Source of the DNA: a virus
Lineage: Duplodnaviria; Caudoviricetes
Length of the DNA stretch: 64,000 nucleotides
Virus record (IMG/VR): IMGVR_UViG_3300037422_000298
Reading direction: 5' to 3' (one strand)
The translations under genes and the position numbers were made by a program. The notes under the pieces are model-generated. The model did not search any database and was not told the origin of the DNA. It saw nothing but the letters and a program-made list of their open reading frames with translations. Of the stretch, positions 54,308 to 63,020 are shown piece by piece (position 1 is the first letter of the stretch; each line of letters starts with the position of its first letter).

Positions 54308-54537
54308 TGTCGAAGCGCGTCGAGTTCGCTGACCTGCCTGTCGGCTCCTGCTTCGCGTACGACGCGAGCAGCAAGCACGCCACACGGCGCAAGGTCGACG
54401 AGCGCCACACCGTCGTGATCCCCGGCAGTAAGAAGCCGTTTCGCGTCGACGACGTCGAGACGCGTGTCTTCACGAAGGCCTGTCCCGTCAACTTCGGCCG
54501 TCGTCGCAAGCGGCGCCGCACCAAGAGGAGTCGCTAG
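54307..54537 (+). CDS. Small basic protein ending NFGRRRKRRR
   Basis: ORF track; coupled. Confidence 0.7.
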   Translation: MSKRVEFADLPVGSCFAYDASSKHATRRKVDERHTVVIPGSKKPFRVDDVETRVFTKACPVNFGRRRKRRRTKRSR

Positions 54538-54539
54538 TC

Positions 54540-54818
54540 ATGGCGAAGAGGAAACGGCGCAGGTCTCTGCGCGGCAGCGAAGATCGCTACGTCGTCAGTG
54601 GCCCCGCCACGTGGCGACGCAGCCTCCACGCGTCGAAGAGTGCAGCGATCGATCAGGCGAAGGCCTGCTCGAAGAAGCATCCCAACGCGGTCTGTAAGGT
54701 CACGCAGGGCCTACCCGGCCTGCAGCGCACCGTCGCCGAGTGCAACCGCAACGAGTGCTGGTCCGCTGATGGCGGCGTCGGCAAGCGTCGGCGTCGTCGG
54801 CGCAAGGCGAGGCGCTAG
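54540..54818 (+). CDS. Small basic protein with Arg tracts at both ends
   Basis: MAKRKRRRSLRG...GVGKRRRRRRKARR. Confidence 0.7.
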   Translation: MAKRKRRRSLRGSEDRYVVSGPATWRRSLHASKSAAIDQAKACSKKHPNAVCKVTQGLPGLQRTVAECNRNECWSADGGVGKRRRRRRKARR

Positions 54819-54820
54819 TC

Positions 54821-55153
54821 ATGGCGGGGCGCAAGCGTCGTCGCCGTGGGCTCGGTAGCTCCGAGGCGATCCACACCAAGAAGATGTCCGAAGCGTCGTC
54901 GGAGATCGGACATATGGTCGCGCTCGTCACCAACAAGGCGCGCAACGGCCGGTGTGGTGCCGCGTCGAACGCGTACGGCTCGATGATGACCGCCTATGGC
55001 GAGTACCTCGCACACCAGGGCGCAGGCGGTCGCGCGAGTGCGCCTTCGCATGCTGCATCGATCCGCAAAGCCGCGACCGAGTTCAACAGCGCGTGCCTCG
55101 TCAACCACAGCCACACGATGACCGGACGTCGGCGTCGCAAAGCACGGAGGTAG
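54821..55153 (+). CDS. Small basic protein with Arg tracts at both ends
   Basis: MAGRKRRRRGLGS...MTGRRRRKARR. Confidence 0.7.
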   Translation: MAGRKRRRRGLGSSEAIHTKKMSEASSEIGHMVALVTNKARNGRCGAASNAYGSMMTAYGEYLAHQGAGGRASAPSHAASIRKAATEFNSACLVNHSHTMTGRRRRKARR

Positions 55154-55156
55154 GTC

Positions 55157-55420
55157 ATGAGCCAACTGCCGGGATCACCCACGTACCGTCTGCGCATTCA
55201 CACTGGTCCGGTGAAGGAAGCGCGGCGTGGATTCGCGCGCGCCCTCAAGCGCGCCAAGGTCAAGGTCGTCGATACGGGCACCGAGCACGTGACCGTCGAC
55301 GTCAAAGCGAACAGCTGCGACGACGCACAGTACCGTGTTGCGAAGGCACTACAAACGAAGGGTCTTCGTCGCATGTCGACGATGGCGTGGAGCGCGAGCT
55401 GTCAGCGGAGGAAGTCGTAA
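55157..55420 (+). CDS. Small basic protein
   Basis: SD GGAGG; ORF track. Confidence 0.65.
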   Translation: MSQLPGSPTYRLRIHTGPVKEARRGFARALKRAKVKVVDTGTEHVTVDVKANSCDDAQYRVAKALQTKGLRRMSTMAWSASCQRRKS

Positions 55421-55424
55421 AGCC

Positions 55425-55778
55425 ATGGCCAAGACACTCGTCAGCGTCATCCGCCCCGGTGACAAAGTCACGATCGTCACGCCGCAGGGTCAACAACGTA
55501 CCGGTCGCGCCGTTATGCGTTCATCGCACGGCGGTTGGGTGCTCAACATGGGCGGCAAGCACGGCACGCCCGGCATCGCCGACGACAGCAACATCGTCGC
55601 GGTCCGCGTTCGTGGAAGTTTCGGCGCCGTCACAAAACGCTGCGAGGTCTTTGCGACAGCCAAGCCGCGCGCGAAGCGTATGGAGTACGCAGGCAGCTTC
55701 GAGTCATGCTCGGCCGCCGAAGACTACGCTGAATACCTGCGCAAGGGTGGTCACAGAGCCCGTGTGAAGAGGCGCTAA
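55425..55778 (+). CDS. Small basic two-part protein split by GSFG
   Basis: RPGDKVTI..GWVLNMGG.HGTPG; start at ATG 55425. Confidence 0.65.
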   Translation: MAKTLVSVIRPGDKVTIVTPQGQQRTGRAVMRSSHGGWVLNMGGKHGTPGIADDSNIVAVRVRGSFGAVTKRCEVFATAKPRAKRMEYAGSFESCSAAEDYAEYLRKGGHRARVKRR

Positions 55779-55780
55779 CG

Positions 55781-58231
55781 ATGGCCGCGATCATTCCACA
55801 CCTCGAAGTACCGTCCGATATCACGCCACTCGAACGTGCGTACGACATCTGCGCCGGTTCGATCAACGGCGCGTCGCTCGGCGAAGATTTACCATCCTGC
55901 CCGTCGCCAAACGCGGTCCTCGCGGACGCACATGCTGGCTTGCTCGGCATGGTGTACGTGCGTGAGGCCGTGTTCCAGAGCTTGATGACCAAGCAGTTCG
56001 TCGTGCGTCCCGGCGACATCAAGGGCAAGGACACGCGGAACGTTTACCTCGTGCTCGATCAACCGATCGGTCCCGGCCCAGCGTGGAACCCGGCGACGAA
56101 CCCCAATGTGCAGCAATACCAGCTGCTGTCGTGGACGTCGAAGATGAACACGCCGTCGTGGTCATTGCCTGCAGGCTCGCCGCAGATCGGCGGCGCGTGT
56201 CCTGGCGCCGTTGCTGGACAGAGCATCGTGCCGGAGAGCGCGCTGCGTGCAGCCGCACGCCACGTCAACCGCGGGCTCGGGCGTTCCAGCGAGACACCCG
56301 TCAACCTCGCACAGTGTATCTGCGAATTCTGTGTGACCGGTGACACGAAGGTACTCGTCGAGGGTCGTGGTTGGATTCCGATCGAAGAGCTTGTCGGCGC
56401 CAACGTTCGCGTCTGGTCGGGTATCGGTTGGCGCGACACGCATGCTGTGTTTCGCGGCGTCAAACCTACCGTTCAACTGACGACGTCGTGGGGGCACACG
56501 ATCCGCGCGACGGCAGATCACAAGATCTTGACGGTCGATCGCGGCATGGTGCCGATCGAAGAGCTGAAGGAAGGCGATCGTCTCGTTTTCCAGCCGCCTG
56601 AGGAAGGCCGGTGGCCGACAGTGGCGCCGATCGTTGGTTACACGCCGTCAGGACATCACAACGAGATCGACTACGAGAACATGCCGCGTGAGTGGACATT
56701 CCAAGTCGGGCTGTTTGCGGGCTACGTACTCGGCGATGGGAACATTTACGGAGGCAAACACCCAACGGTCAGTCTCGTAGCGTCCGAAGCCGATCGCGAC
56801 GACCTCGAACGTCTGCGCAACGTCGTGAATCGTTGGTGTGAGACCGACGCTTCGGTTACCGTGCGCGAGCACGCGCCCAACGGATTTACATCCAAGTTGA
56901 CGCGTTCGGCGCATCTCGCCTTCCGTGTAAAGGCCATCGCGCAACTGCTCACGGCGATCGGGCTCGACAAGTCCGTACCGCCGGAGGCGCGCCGCGTCCC
57001 GAACACGTTATGGACGGCGACACAGGAGGGCGTTCGCGGATTCCTCTGCGGGCTCTTCTCGACTGACGGGTCAGTGAGCCTCTCCAGTTCCAAGTTCGAG
57101 CTGTCTCTCGCGTCCGTCTCCGAGACATTGCTGCGCGATGTTCAGCTATTGCTCATGAGCTTCGGTATCCGCTCGACGATCTGCGCCTACGAAACTTCGA
57201 ACAGGCGGCGGGTCGTACAAGGTTACCGCCCGCTCTATAAGCTCTCGATCAGTAGCATCGGACACGTTCGACTGTTCGCAGATCGCATCGGTTTTTGGAA
57301 TGCGCGCAAGCACGCCAAGCTCCTCGAAGGCCTCGAACAGAACGCTGACGTCACAACGCAGCAGAAGTACCCCAAGGTTGAGGCAATCACCTGGCTCGAT
57401 GAAGAAGAGGCCGTCTACGACCTCATCAACGTCGGTGAAGAGCATCACTTCGTCGCCAACGGCATTACCGTGTCGAACTGCTACGCAACAGGCGGCCAGT
57501 ACAGCACCGGCCAAGTTCAGTTCGCGCAGTTGTTGCGCTTTCTGTGGGCACGTCAGGCGATCAACTTTCCGGCGCAGGCACCGGACGGCTCGATGTCGAC
57601 GGCGTTCGTCGAGACGATGGTCTACGCGATCAACAGCGCGGACTACAAGCTCGGTGGTGGCACCGTCAAAGGCGAGGGTGCCGAGGCGACGCAGGATCTG
57701 CCGCCGGAACCGAGCGGGCGACGCTTCTTCCGCATTCACGACTCCGGTGACTTCTTCGAAGAGGAGTATCTTCGGCAGTGGAAGGCCGTCGCCGATCGAC
57801 TGCCCGACATCACATTCTGGGCACCGTCGCGCATCTGGGCCACGAGCTGGGGCACCGACGCCGTCAACCGCTACAACCGTGACCAACGAAACCTGATCAT
57901 TCGACCGAGCGCCTACGAAGTGAACGAGCACGGTCCCGAGAACCTCGGGCCAGGCTGGGCAGGTCCGACGACGGTGATCGCTGTGCAGCAGAACCTCGGC
58001 ATGACGCCGGAGCGCGAACAGTACGTCTACGATCGCGCCGCGCGTTTCCCGCCAAAGATGACCGGTCCGGATCCGCGCTACACCTGGAACTGTCAGGCAT
58101 ACGCAACCGAGGATCAGAAGCACACGTGCCGCAAAGCCGTCGCACCGCCCGGCTTTGGCGGCCCTGACGGCAAAGGCTGTCGTGCGTGTTGGGTCGCGAC
58201 CGACGAAATCGTCAACTACTCACTGCACTGA
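55781..58231 (+). CDS. Gp88-like (radical-SAM-related Fe-S) protein with intein
   Basis: SKMNTPSWSLPAG..ACPGA; spliced CICEF|CYA; FFRIHDSGDFF; C-terminal CRACW. Confidence 0.75.
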   Translation: MAAIIPHLEVPSDITPLERAYDICAGSINGASLGEDLPSCPSPNAVLADAHAGLLGMVYVREAVFQSLMTKQFVVRPGDIKGKDTRNVYLVLDQPIGPGPAWNPATNPNVQQYQLLSWTSKMNTPSWSLPAGSPQIGGACPGAVAGQSIVPESALRAAARHVNRGLGRSSETPVNLAQCICEFCVTGDTKVLVEGRGWIPIEELVGANVRVWSGIGWRDTHAVFRGVKPTVQLTTSWGHTIRATADHKILTVDRGMVPIEELKEGDRLVFQPPEEGRWPTVAPIVGYTPSGHHNEIDYENMPREWTFQVGLFAGYVLGDGNIYGGKHPTVSLVASEADRDDLERLRNVVNRWCETDASVTVREHAPNGFTSKLTRSAHLAFRVKAIAQLLTAIGLDKSVPPEARRVPNTLWTATQEGVRGFLCGLFSTDGSVSLSSSKFELSLASVSETLLRDVQLLLMSFGIRSTICAYETSNRRRVVQGYRPLYKLSISSIGHVRLFADRIGFWNARKHAKLLEGLEQNADVTTQQKYPKVEAITWLDEEEAVYDLINVGEEHHFVANGITVSNCYATGGQYSTGQVQFAQLLRFLWARQAINFPAQAPDGSMSTAFVETMVYAINSADYKLGGGTVKGEGAEATQDLPPEPSGRRFFRIHDSGDFFEEEYLRQWKAVADRLPDITFWAPSRIWATSWGTDAVNRYNRDQRNLIIRPSAYEVNEHGPENLGPGWAGPTTVIAVQQNLGMTPEREQYVYDRAARFPPKMTGPDPRYTWNCQAYATEDQKHTCRKAVAPPGFGGPDGKGCRACWVATDEIVNYSLH
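56330..57478 (+). mobile_element. Intein (383 aa) with LAGLIDADG endonuclease, penultimate Ser
   Basis: Starts CVTGD; ATADHKILT; GYVLGDG; GLFSTDG; ends TVSN followed by Cys. Confidence 0.9.
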
Positions 58232-58236
58232 TCATC

Positions 58237-58731
58237 ATGCCGAAGAAGAAATCAACCAAGCCGACCGTGAAGCCTGCAAAGCCTGCGAAGGCTGCGAAGG
58301 TGCCAAAGGCGCCGAAGTCCAATGCGACTGACGTTCCGTGCCTTCGCGTCGTCGTTGGTGGTCGACAAGGCAAGACCGGCCAGACCGACGCGAATACGTG
58401 CGCGATCGTCGGTGAGAGTCGCGGAAGCGTCACGAAGTTCGATCTCAGACGCGAATACGGCTCGACCAGCAAGACTGTCGCGACGCCGAAGAAGAACAAG
58501 CCGTGCTTGAACGCGCTCAAGCGTAAGGGTTGTCCGGTACAGCTCGCGTTCGACGACGGTCAGCCATTTCTGCGCTTCTGTCGCGCGAACGGCGAAGCGG
58601 GCTACCGTGTCGACGTCAACTCGCCTGCGGAAGCCGTCGAGAAAGCCAATGCAGCCTGTGGTACTTGGACGGCCACCGGCAAGTTCGATTTCCCGCCCGA
58701 GACGCCGTTGCGGGGACGGCGACGTAAGTAA
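58237..58731 (+). CDS. Lys-rich basic protein ending LRGRRRK
   Basis: KPAKPAKAAK histone-H1-like N-terminus. Confidence 0.7.
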   Translation: MPKKKSTKPTVKPAKPAKAAKVPKAPKSNATDVPCLRVVVGGRQGKTGQTDANTCAIVGESRGSVTKFDLRREYGSTSKTVATPKKNKPCLNALKRKGCPVQLAFDDGQPFLRFCRANGEAGYRVDVNSPAEAVEKANAACGTWTATGKFDFPPETPLRGRRRK

Positions 58732-58732
58732 C

Positions 58733-58748
58733 GATCGCGTGCGCGATC
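58733..58748 (+). promoter_or_regulatory. GATCGC-N4-GCGATC promoter palindrome
   Basis: GTGG-TACGTT; leadered, with AAGGAG SD before GTG 58783. Confidence 0.8.
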
Positions 58749-58782
58749 GTGGTACGTTGTAGCTACCGAAGGAGCTGACCCA

Positions 58783-59238
58783 GTGCCACACGTGTTCACC
58801 CTAGAAGGCGCCAACCTCGGTGCAGAGCCCGTGAACTTTCCCGAGGCCGGTCAGCCCATCGCACCACATCAGGCGATCGTCGGTCCGACGCGCGTCGCGC
58901 CCATGGTCTACGGCCCCGGCGGTACACCGATCATGTATCGGCGTCGCTATCCAGCACGCGGTCCCGTCTGCGACTACTGCGACCCCGACTACTTCACCGT
59001 CATGAACGGAGGACAGACCGTGATTCCATACCGTCAACAGCAGCTCGGTGACAGCGTCGAGGCCTTTCTGGAGCGTCAGTCCGATACCAGCCGGACTGTC
59101 ATGGTCGTAGGCGGCGCACTTGGCGTTGGTGCAGCTCTCGCGACGCTCGGCGTGTGGCTGTACTACAAGATCGGCTACAAGCCGAAGCGCAGCGCAAGCG
59201 GCTGGGGCGATAGTGGTTGGGGCGGATGGAAGTGGTGA
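58783..59238 (+). CDS. Membrane protein with NLG/QLG motifs
   Basis: ANLGAE, QQLGDS; TM; GWG repeats at the C-terminus. Confidence 0.7.
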   Translation: MPHVFTLEGANLGAEPVNFPEAGQPIAPHQAIVGPTRVAPMVYGPGGTPIMYRRRYPARGPVCDYCDPDYFTVMNGGQTVIPYRQQQLGDSVEAFLERQSDTSRTVMVVGGALGVGAALATLGVWLYYKIGYKPKRSASGWGDSGWGGWKW

Positions 59239-59239
59239 C

Positions 59240-59557
59240 GTGCCACAGCGCATTTCACTGATCGTCAAGGGTCCGCTCAAGAGCGCGCGTCGTGCGGCGC
59301 AACGTCACGGCGTAACGGTAGAGTCGTGCCGTGTCGTCGGCTCTGGCGCCGCGCTTCCCAAGCTCGCAGGCGATGTGCAGTGCTACGCGAAGTGCAGTAC
59401 GTCGATGAACCGTAAAGTCGTCGACTGGTTCAGTGATCGCGCACGCGCCAAGGCAGGTCGCGGCCACCCACCAGGGACGTTGCTGTATCACGGCAGCCTC
59501 TGCGAAGAGGATTTCGGTCGCCGCAAGAAGTCGCGCAAACGTCGCCGCCGTCGTTGA
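59240..59557 (+). CDS. Small basic protein ending DFGRRKKSRKRRRRR
   Basis: GTG start just after the upstream stop. Confidence 0.65.
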   Translation: MPQRISLIVKGPLKSARRAAQRHGVTVESCRVVGSGAALPKLAGDVQCYAKCSTSMNRKVVDWFSDRARAKAGRGHPPGTLLYHGSLCEEDFGRRKKSRKRRRRR

Positions 59558-59561
59558 TCGC

Positions 59562-60089
59562 GTGCTGCAGCGTTTGACACTTGCACTTCCCGAACGCGAG
59601 CGCGTCGCGCTCCGTGACGAAATTCTTCGTCGGTCCCAGCACGTCCCCAGCTACACACGCACGCACGCGACCAATGCTTGGCGTTCCGCGAGCGATTTGC
59701 ACACGTGGCCCACAGCAGCCGTCTTCTGCAACAGTCTCATTCAACTCCTGCAGGCGAGCGCGAGGCTCCCCATTGAACCGAAGACTCTTCGTGCATGGGC
59801 CATCGTTAGTCGTCGAGGTTCAGCACACGGTCGGCACATTCATCCTCAGCGCTTTGCGTGGTCCGGTGTCTACTATCTCGAACCCGGCGGTGCTGACAGC
59901 GCGCGGACCGTGTTCGAGACAGCCGAAGGTCTTGTGCCTATTGCACCCGAACGCGATCTCGCGATCGTTTTCCCCGCCGATTTGTGGCATTCAGTAGAGC
60001 CGCATCCCAACGACGACATGCGCGTCACGATCGCCTTCAATATAGAAGCCAAGCCGGGTTGCGTTGATCGCGCGAGCGATCGGGTGTAG
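59562..60089 (+). CDS. 2OG-Fe(II) oxygenase (TIGR02466-like)
   Basis: HIHP..SGVYY; FPADLWHSVEP; RVTIAFN. Confidence 0.8.
   Translation: MLQRLTLALPERERVALRDEILRRSQHVPSYTRTHATNAWRSASDLHTWPTAAVFCNSLIQLLQASARLPIEPKTLRAWAIVSRRGSAHGRHIHPQRFAWSGVYYLEPGGADSARTVFETAEGLVPIAPERDLAIVFPADLWHSVEPHPNDDMRVTIAFNIEAKPGCVDRASDRV
60066..60081 (+). promoter_or_regulatory. GATCGC-N4-GCGATC promoter palindrome
   Basis: GGGTG-TAGGTT; leadered, with AGGAGG SD before ATG 60143. Confidence 0.75.
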
Positions 60090-60142
60090 GTTTTGATCTA
60101 CCTCGTCTCGTCAAGAGACCCCGGCCACGGCTAGGAGGACAC

Positions 60143-60538
60143 ATGGGTACGAAAGCTGGAACACTTCTCTGGAACCGTCAGCGGCTCACGCTGGATGCAG
60201 GCCTCACATCGATCGACACCCGTCTGCAGCAGGTCAACAAGAGCTTCGCCGACATGTCGCCGAACGAGCCGCCGCTCGGTGTGACGATCGCACCGCCAGG
60301 GCCACCCGATGGCACACCGCCAGCGTCCCGTATCCAGGTCATTCCCATGTCGCCGATCCCTCTGTGGACGGACATCACGCACGGTGAACCGTTCGTGAAT
60401 CCTGCGACGGGTACCGTCTGGGTGACGTTCAACAACGGCGGCAAGACGCCAGTCGAAATCAATGTCCTGTTCTGGGATCCGCACTCGGCCATCGGCCCCG
60501 GCCAAGCCAGCACGTACAACGTCCTCATCGAGGGCTGA
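60143..60538 (+). CDS. Beta-rich putative virion protein
   Basis: TVWVTFNN..INVLFWDPHS. Confidence 0.65.
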   Translation: MGTKAGTLLWNRQRLTLDAGLTSIDTRLQQVNKSFADMSPNEPPLGVTIAPPGPPDGTPPASRIQVIPMSPIPLWTDITHGEPFVNPATGTVWVTFNNGGKTPVEINVLFWDPHSAIGPGQASTYNVLIEG

Positions 60539-60541
60539 CCG

Positions 60542-61147
60542 TCAGCTCTGCGGCGCGGGCGGTTTTTTCTTCTCCGTGAACGCCGCAAATTTGACGATGC
60601 GCTCGCGTGCGAGCAGCACCCAGTCGACGTACTTGATCGCGGCGACGTTCGCGACGCCTGCGTTCCCAGCAGCATGTCCTGCGAGCGCGCAGCGCAGCCG
60701 TCCCGTGCCTGTGCGGTCTCGGCAACGCTTGTCGTTGAGCCAAGTCGCCAGCTCCTTCGCGCCCGCGCGATAGCCATACGCGACGTCCGTACGCATCCGC
60801 TGGCATTCCGTCCACGAGACGTAGCCGCCCGCCTGTAGCGGACCACAGTACCAACTGGGCCGCGCCTTCGGCGGCGGCTTCGCTGGCGCCCACACACCGG
60901 TCTTTCGTGTGCAGCTTGCCGGATCATCAGACTCGCATTCGAGACGGCTCAACGCGCGTTGATCGAACCGCGACTCGACGTAGGCGACACCAAGCAGTAG
61001 CGTGACTGGATCATCGACGCCCAACTCGTCGAGTTTGTATTCAGCAGCTGCGGCGATGGCCGCCTCGACGTGAATCCGCGCTTGATCCGACGGTAGTTGG
61101 AACGAGATCGCGATGATTGCGGCGATGAGCGCTTCGAGAGTCATCAT
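60542..61147 (-). CDS. Lytic transglycosylase-like (SLT/lysozyme fold) protein with N-terminal hydrophobic anchor
   Basis: VAYVESRF (catalytic Glu); CGPLQ; ALAGHAAG; KYV. Confidence 0.7.
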   Translation of the reverse strand: MMTLEALIAAIIAISFQLPSDQARIHVEAAIAAAAEYKLDELGVDDPVTLLLGVAYVESRFDQRALSRLECESDDPASCTRKTGVWAPAKPPPKARPSWYCGPLQAGGYVSWTECQRMRTDVAYGYRAGAKELATWLNDKRCRDRTGTGRLRCALAGHAAGNAGVANVAAIKYVDWVLLARERIVKFAAFTEKKKPPAPQS

Positions 61148-61187
61148 GGCCGCGAACCTACTACGAGCGCGTCTGTATGGAAGCGTC

Positions 61188-61203
61188 GATCGCTCGCGCG
61201 ATC
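61188..61203 (+). promoter_or_regulatory. GATCGC-N4-GCGATC promoter palindrome
   Basis: ATGA-TAGGCT-6nt-GTG(61220). Confidence 0.8.
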
Positions 61204-61219
61204 ATGATAGGCTAAGTGC

Positions 61220-61909
61220 GTGTTGACACTCTCGGCGTGGCCCACGGTGGCTTCTCAACAAGCCGAATTCGACCTCCATCAGCGGTTGAATCGGCTCCCG
61301 TGGTACGCACCGTCGGGTGCGAGTCTCGGCGCTGCCTCGTGGCCACGCATCTGGTCGACGGAAGCTGAAGTAGATCTGCAGTCACGCTTGAGCCGTTTGC
61401 CGTTCTACGCGCCGACAGGGCTCGGCGACATCGTTTCCGACGTTCAAAACCTCCTGCAGCAGCTCCAGTCGGGCGCTCTTGGACAGAAAGCAACCGAGGC
61501 GCTCCAAAAGCTCAACGCGATCATCGATCAAGCCGGGCCGCATCTCGACACCGTCATGCAGCTGCTGCAGGACCCGGCACTTCCGCAGGTGGTCGATCGT
61601 CTCAAGACACTGCAAACAATGTCCGCGACGCCGACGACGCCGACGGACACAACGACACCGACGGAGACAACACCGGCAACTCCACAGCCTACTGCCGCAG
61701 CCAAGCTGGTTCCGGTGCTGGATGCGGCGATCTTTGTCGAGCAGCATCCTGCAGCAAAGTTCGCGCTCGAACACCCAATCCTCGTCGGTGTCGGTGCTGC
61801 TGTCGTGTTAACTGGACTCGGTTTTGGTATCGGCTACGGCGTCTCGCGCGCTCGTGCGAAGCGTACGATGACGCCTGCTGCTTTCGGTCGTCGCTATCGA
61901 CGACGTTAA
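61220..61909 (+). CDS. Membrane protein with duplicated LG-terminated N-terminal peptide and FGRRYRRR tail
   Basis: WP...AE.DL..RL.RLP.YAP..LG occurs twice; TM near the C-terminus. Confidence 0.75.
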   Translation: MLTLSAWPTVASQQAEFDLHQRLNRLPWYAPSGASLGAASWPRIWSTEAEVDLQSRLSRLPFYAPTGLGDIVSDVQNLLQQLQSGALGQKATEALQKLNAIIDQAGPHLDTVMQLLQDPALPQVVDRLKTLQTMSATPTTPTDTTTPTETTPATPQPTAAAKLVPVLDAAIFVEQHPAAKFALEHPILVGVGAAVVLTGLGFGIGYGVSRARAKRTMTPAAFGRRYRRR

Positions 61910-62217
61910 GTTCCGCGCGTTCGCGTACGCGGCGGAGGCGGTGGTAGCAGCGCTGCATCAATTGCAGGCGTCGACGTCGACGGCGCGATCGACGGATCAG
62001 CAATCACAGCGACATCGTCGGCCGCCTCGAAGAACTTGATGATCTCGTGCGCCTGTTCGTAAGAGACCTCGACGAACGCACGTTGTTGAACAGCCCAGCG
62101 TTGCGCGAACACGATCCGATACTTCTGCGTCGTGGGGATCCGAACGAGATCGAGGCTGTGGTACGGCGAGAGGTGGATGATCAAGACGTCGGGGCTGGGA
62201 CGTTCGATCTCCGCCAT
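61906..62217 (-). CDS. Hypothetical protein
   Basis: ATG 62217. Confidence 0.55.
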   Translation of the reverse strand: MAEIERPSPDVLIIHLSPYHSLDLVRIPTTQKYRIVFAQRWAVQQRAFVEVSYEQAHEIIKFFEAADDVAVIADPSIAPSTSTPAIDAALLPPPPPRTRTRGT

Positions 62218-62221
62218 GTGC

Positions 62222-62545
62222 TCACAGCAGTGGCGCGATGGTTGCCGTAACAGGTCCCGTGATCGCGACTGGACACACACCCGTGACGATGACTTGTTCA
62301 CCCGTCGGCATCCGGATCGTGAACTGACAGTTGTTGGTCGGCTGCACGACGACGACTTCAGGGCCGTATCCGTAGTAGTTGGGCCACCAACCACCGCCAC
62401 GGCGCCAACCCCCACCACGACGCCAGCCGCCGCCGTGATGATGTCCACCGCCGCCATGGCGCCAACCGCCACCGCGTCCTCCTCCGCCGCCTCCGCCGCG
62501 TCCGCCGCCTCCTCCACGTGGTCCGCTCAATGTCACCGCCAGCAT
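62222..62545 (-). CDS. Gly/Arg/Trp-rich low-complexity protein
   Basis: RGGGG and GGGWRR repeats; SD GAAAGGA. Confidence 0.6.
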   Translation of the reverse strand: MLAVTLSGPRGGGGGRGGGGGGGRGGGWRHGGGGHHHGGGWRRGGGWRRGGGWWPNYYGYGPEVVVVQPTNNCQFTIRMPTGEQVIVTGVCPVAITGPVTATIAPLL

Positions 62546-62567
62546 ATCGTGATCCTTTCGTGGAACG

Positions 62568-63011
62568 TTAGGTGCCGATCGCGCCCGGGACTTCGACGTC
62601 GAGGAAACAGACGCCTGCTACTGCCTGCGACGTGATCTGCAGGATGGCGTTTCCAACGCCGTCTTCGCTGGCGGTAATGACCCACCCAGGAGTCGCGCCC
62701 GAGTTCGGCGTGAGGATACAACGCGCCATCGGCGTCTTCTCGTTGCCGAAGTTCGACGGTGGGAACCACGCGGACAGCCACAGAGCGCGTGCTTGCACGG
62801 CCGTGAGTCCGCCAGGCCCGCACTTGCCGTAGCCGTCTTGACGCGCTCGCGCGATCTTCTTGATCGGTCCGGCAAGCGAGTCGGTCAGGAGATCGGGCGT
62901 GGGCGCGCCTGTCGTGGTGATTGTTGCTGTAGTGCCTGCCAGGCCGTCTTGCGTCAGACGGTAGGTCAAGCGGTTCTTTCCTTGGAACGCCAATACAACC
63001 GCGATCGCCAT
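62568..63011 (-). CDS. Paralog family A putative virion protein
   Basis: NRLTYRLTQDG..PDLLTD. Confidence 0.75.
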   Translation of the reverse strand: MAIAVVLAFQGKNRLTYRLTQDGLAGTTATITTTGAPTPDLLTDSLAGPIKKIARARQDGYGKCGPGGLTAVQARALWLSAWFPPSNFGNEKTPMARCILTPNSGATPGWVITASEDGVGNAILQITSQAVAGVCFLDVEVPGAIGT

Positions 63012-63020
63012 CGAGGGCTC

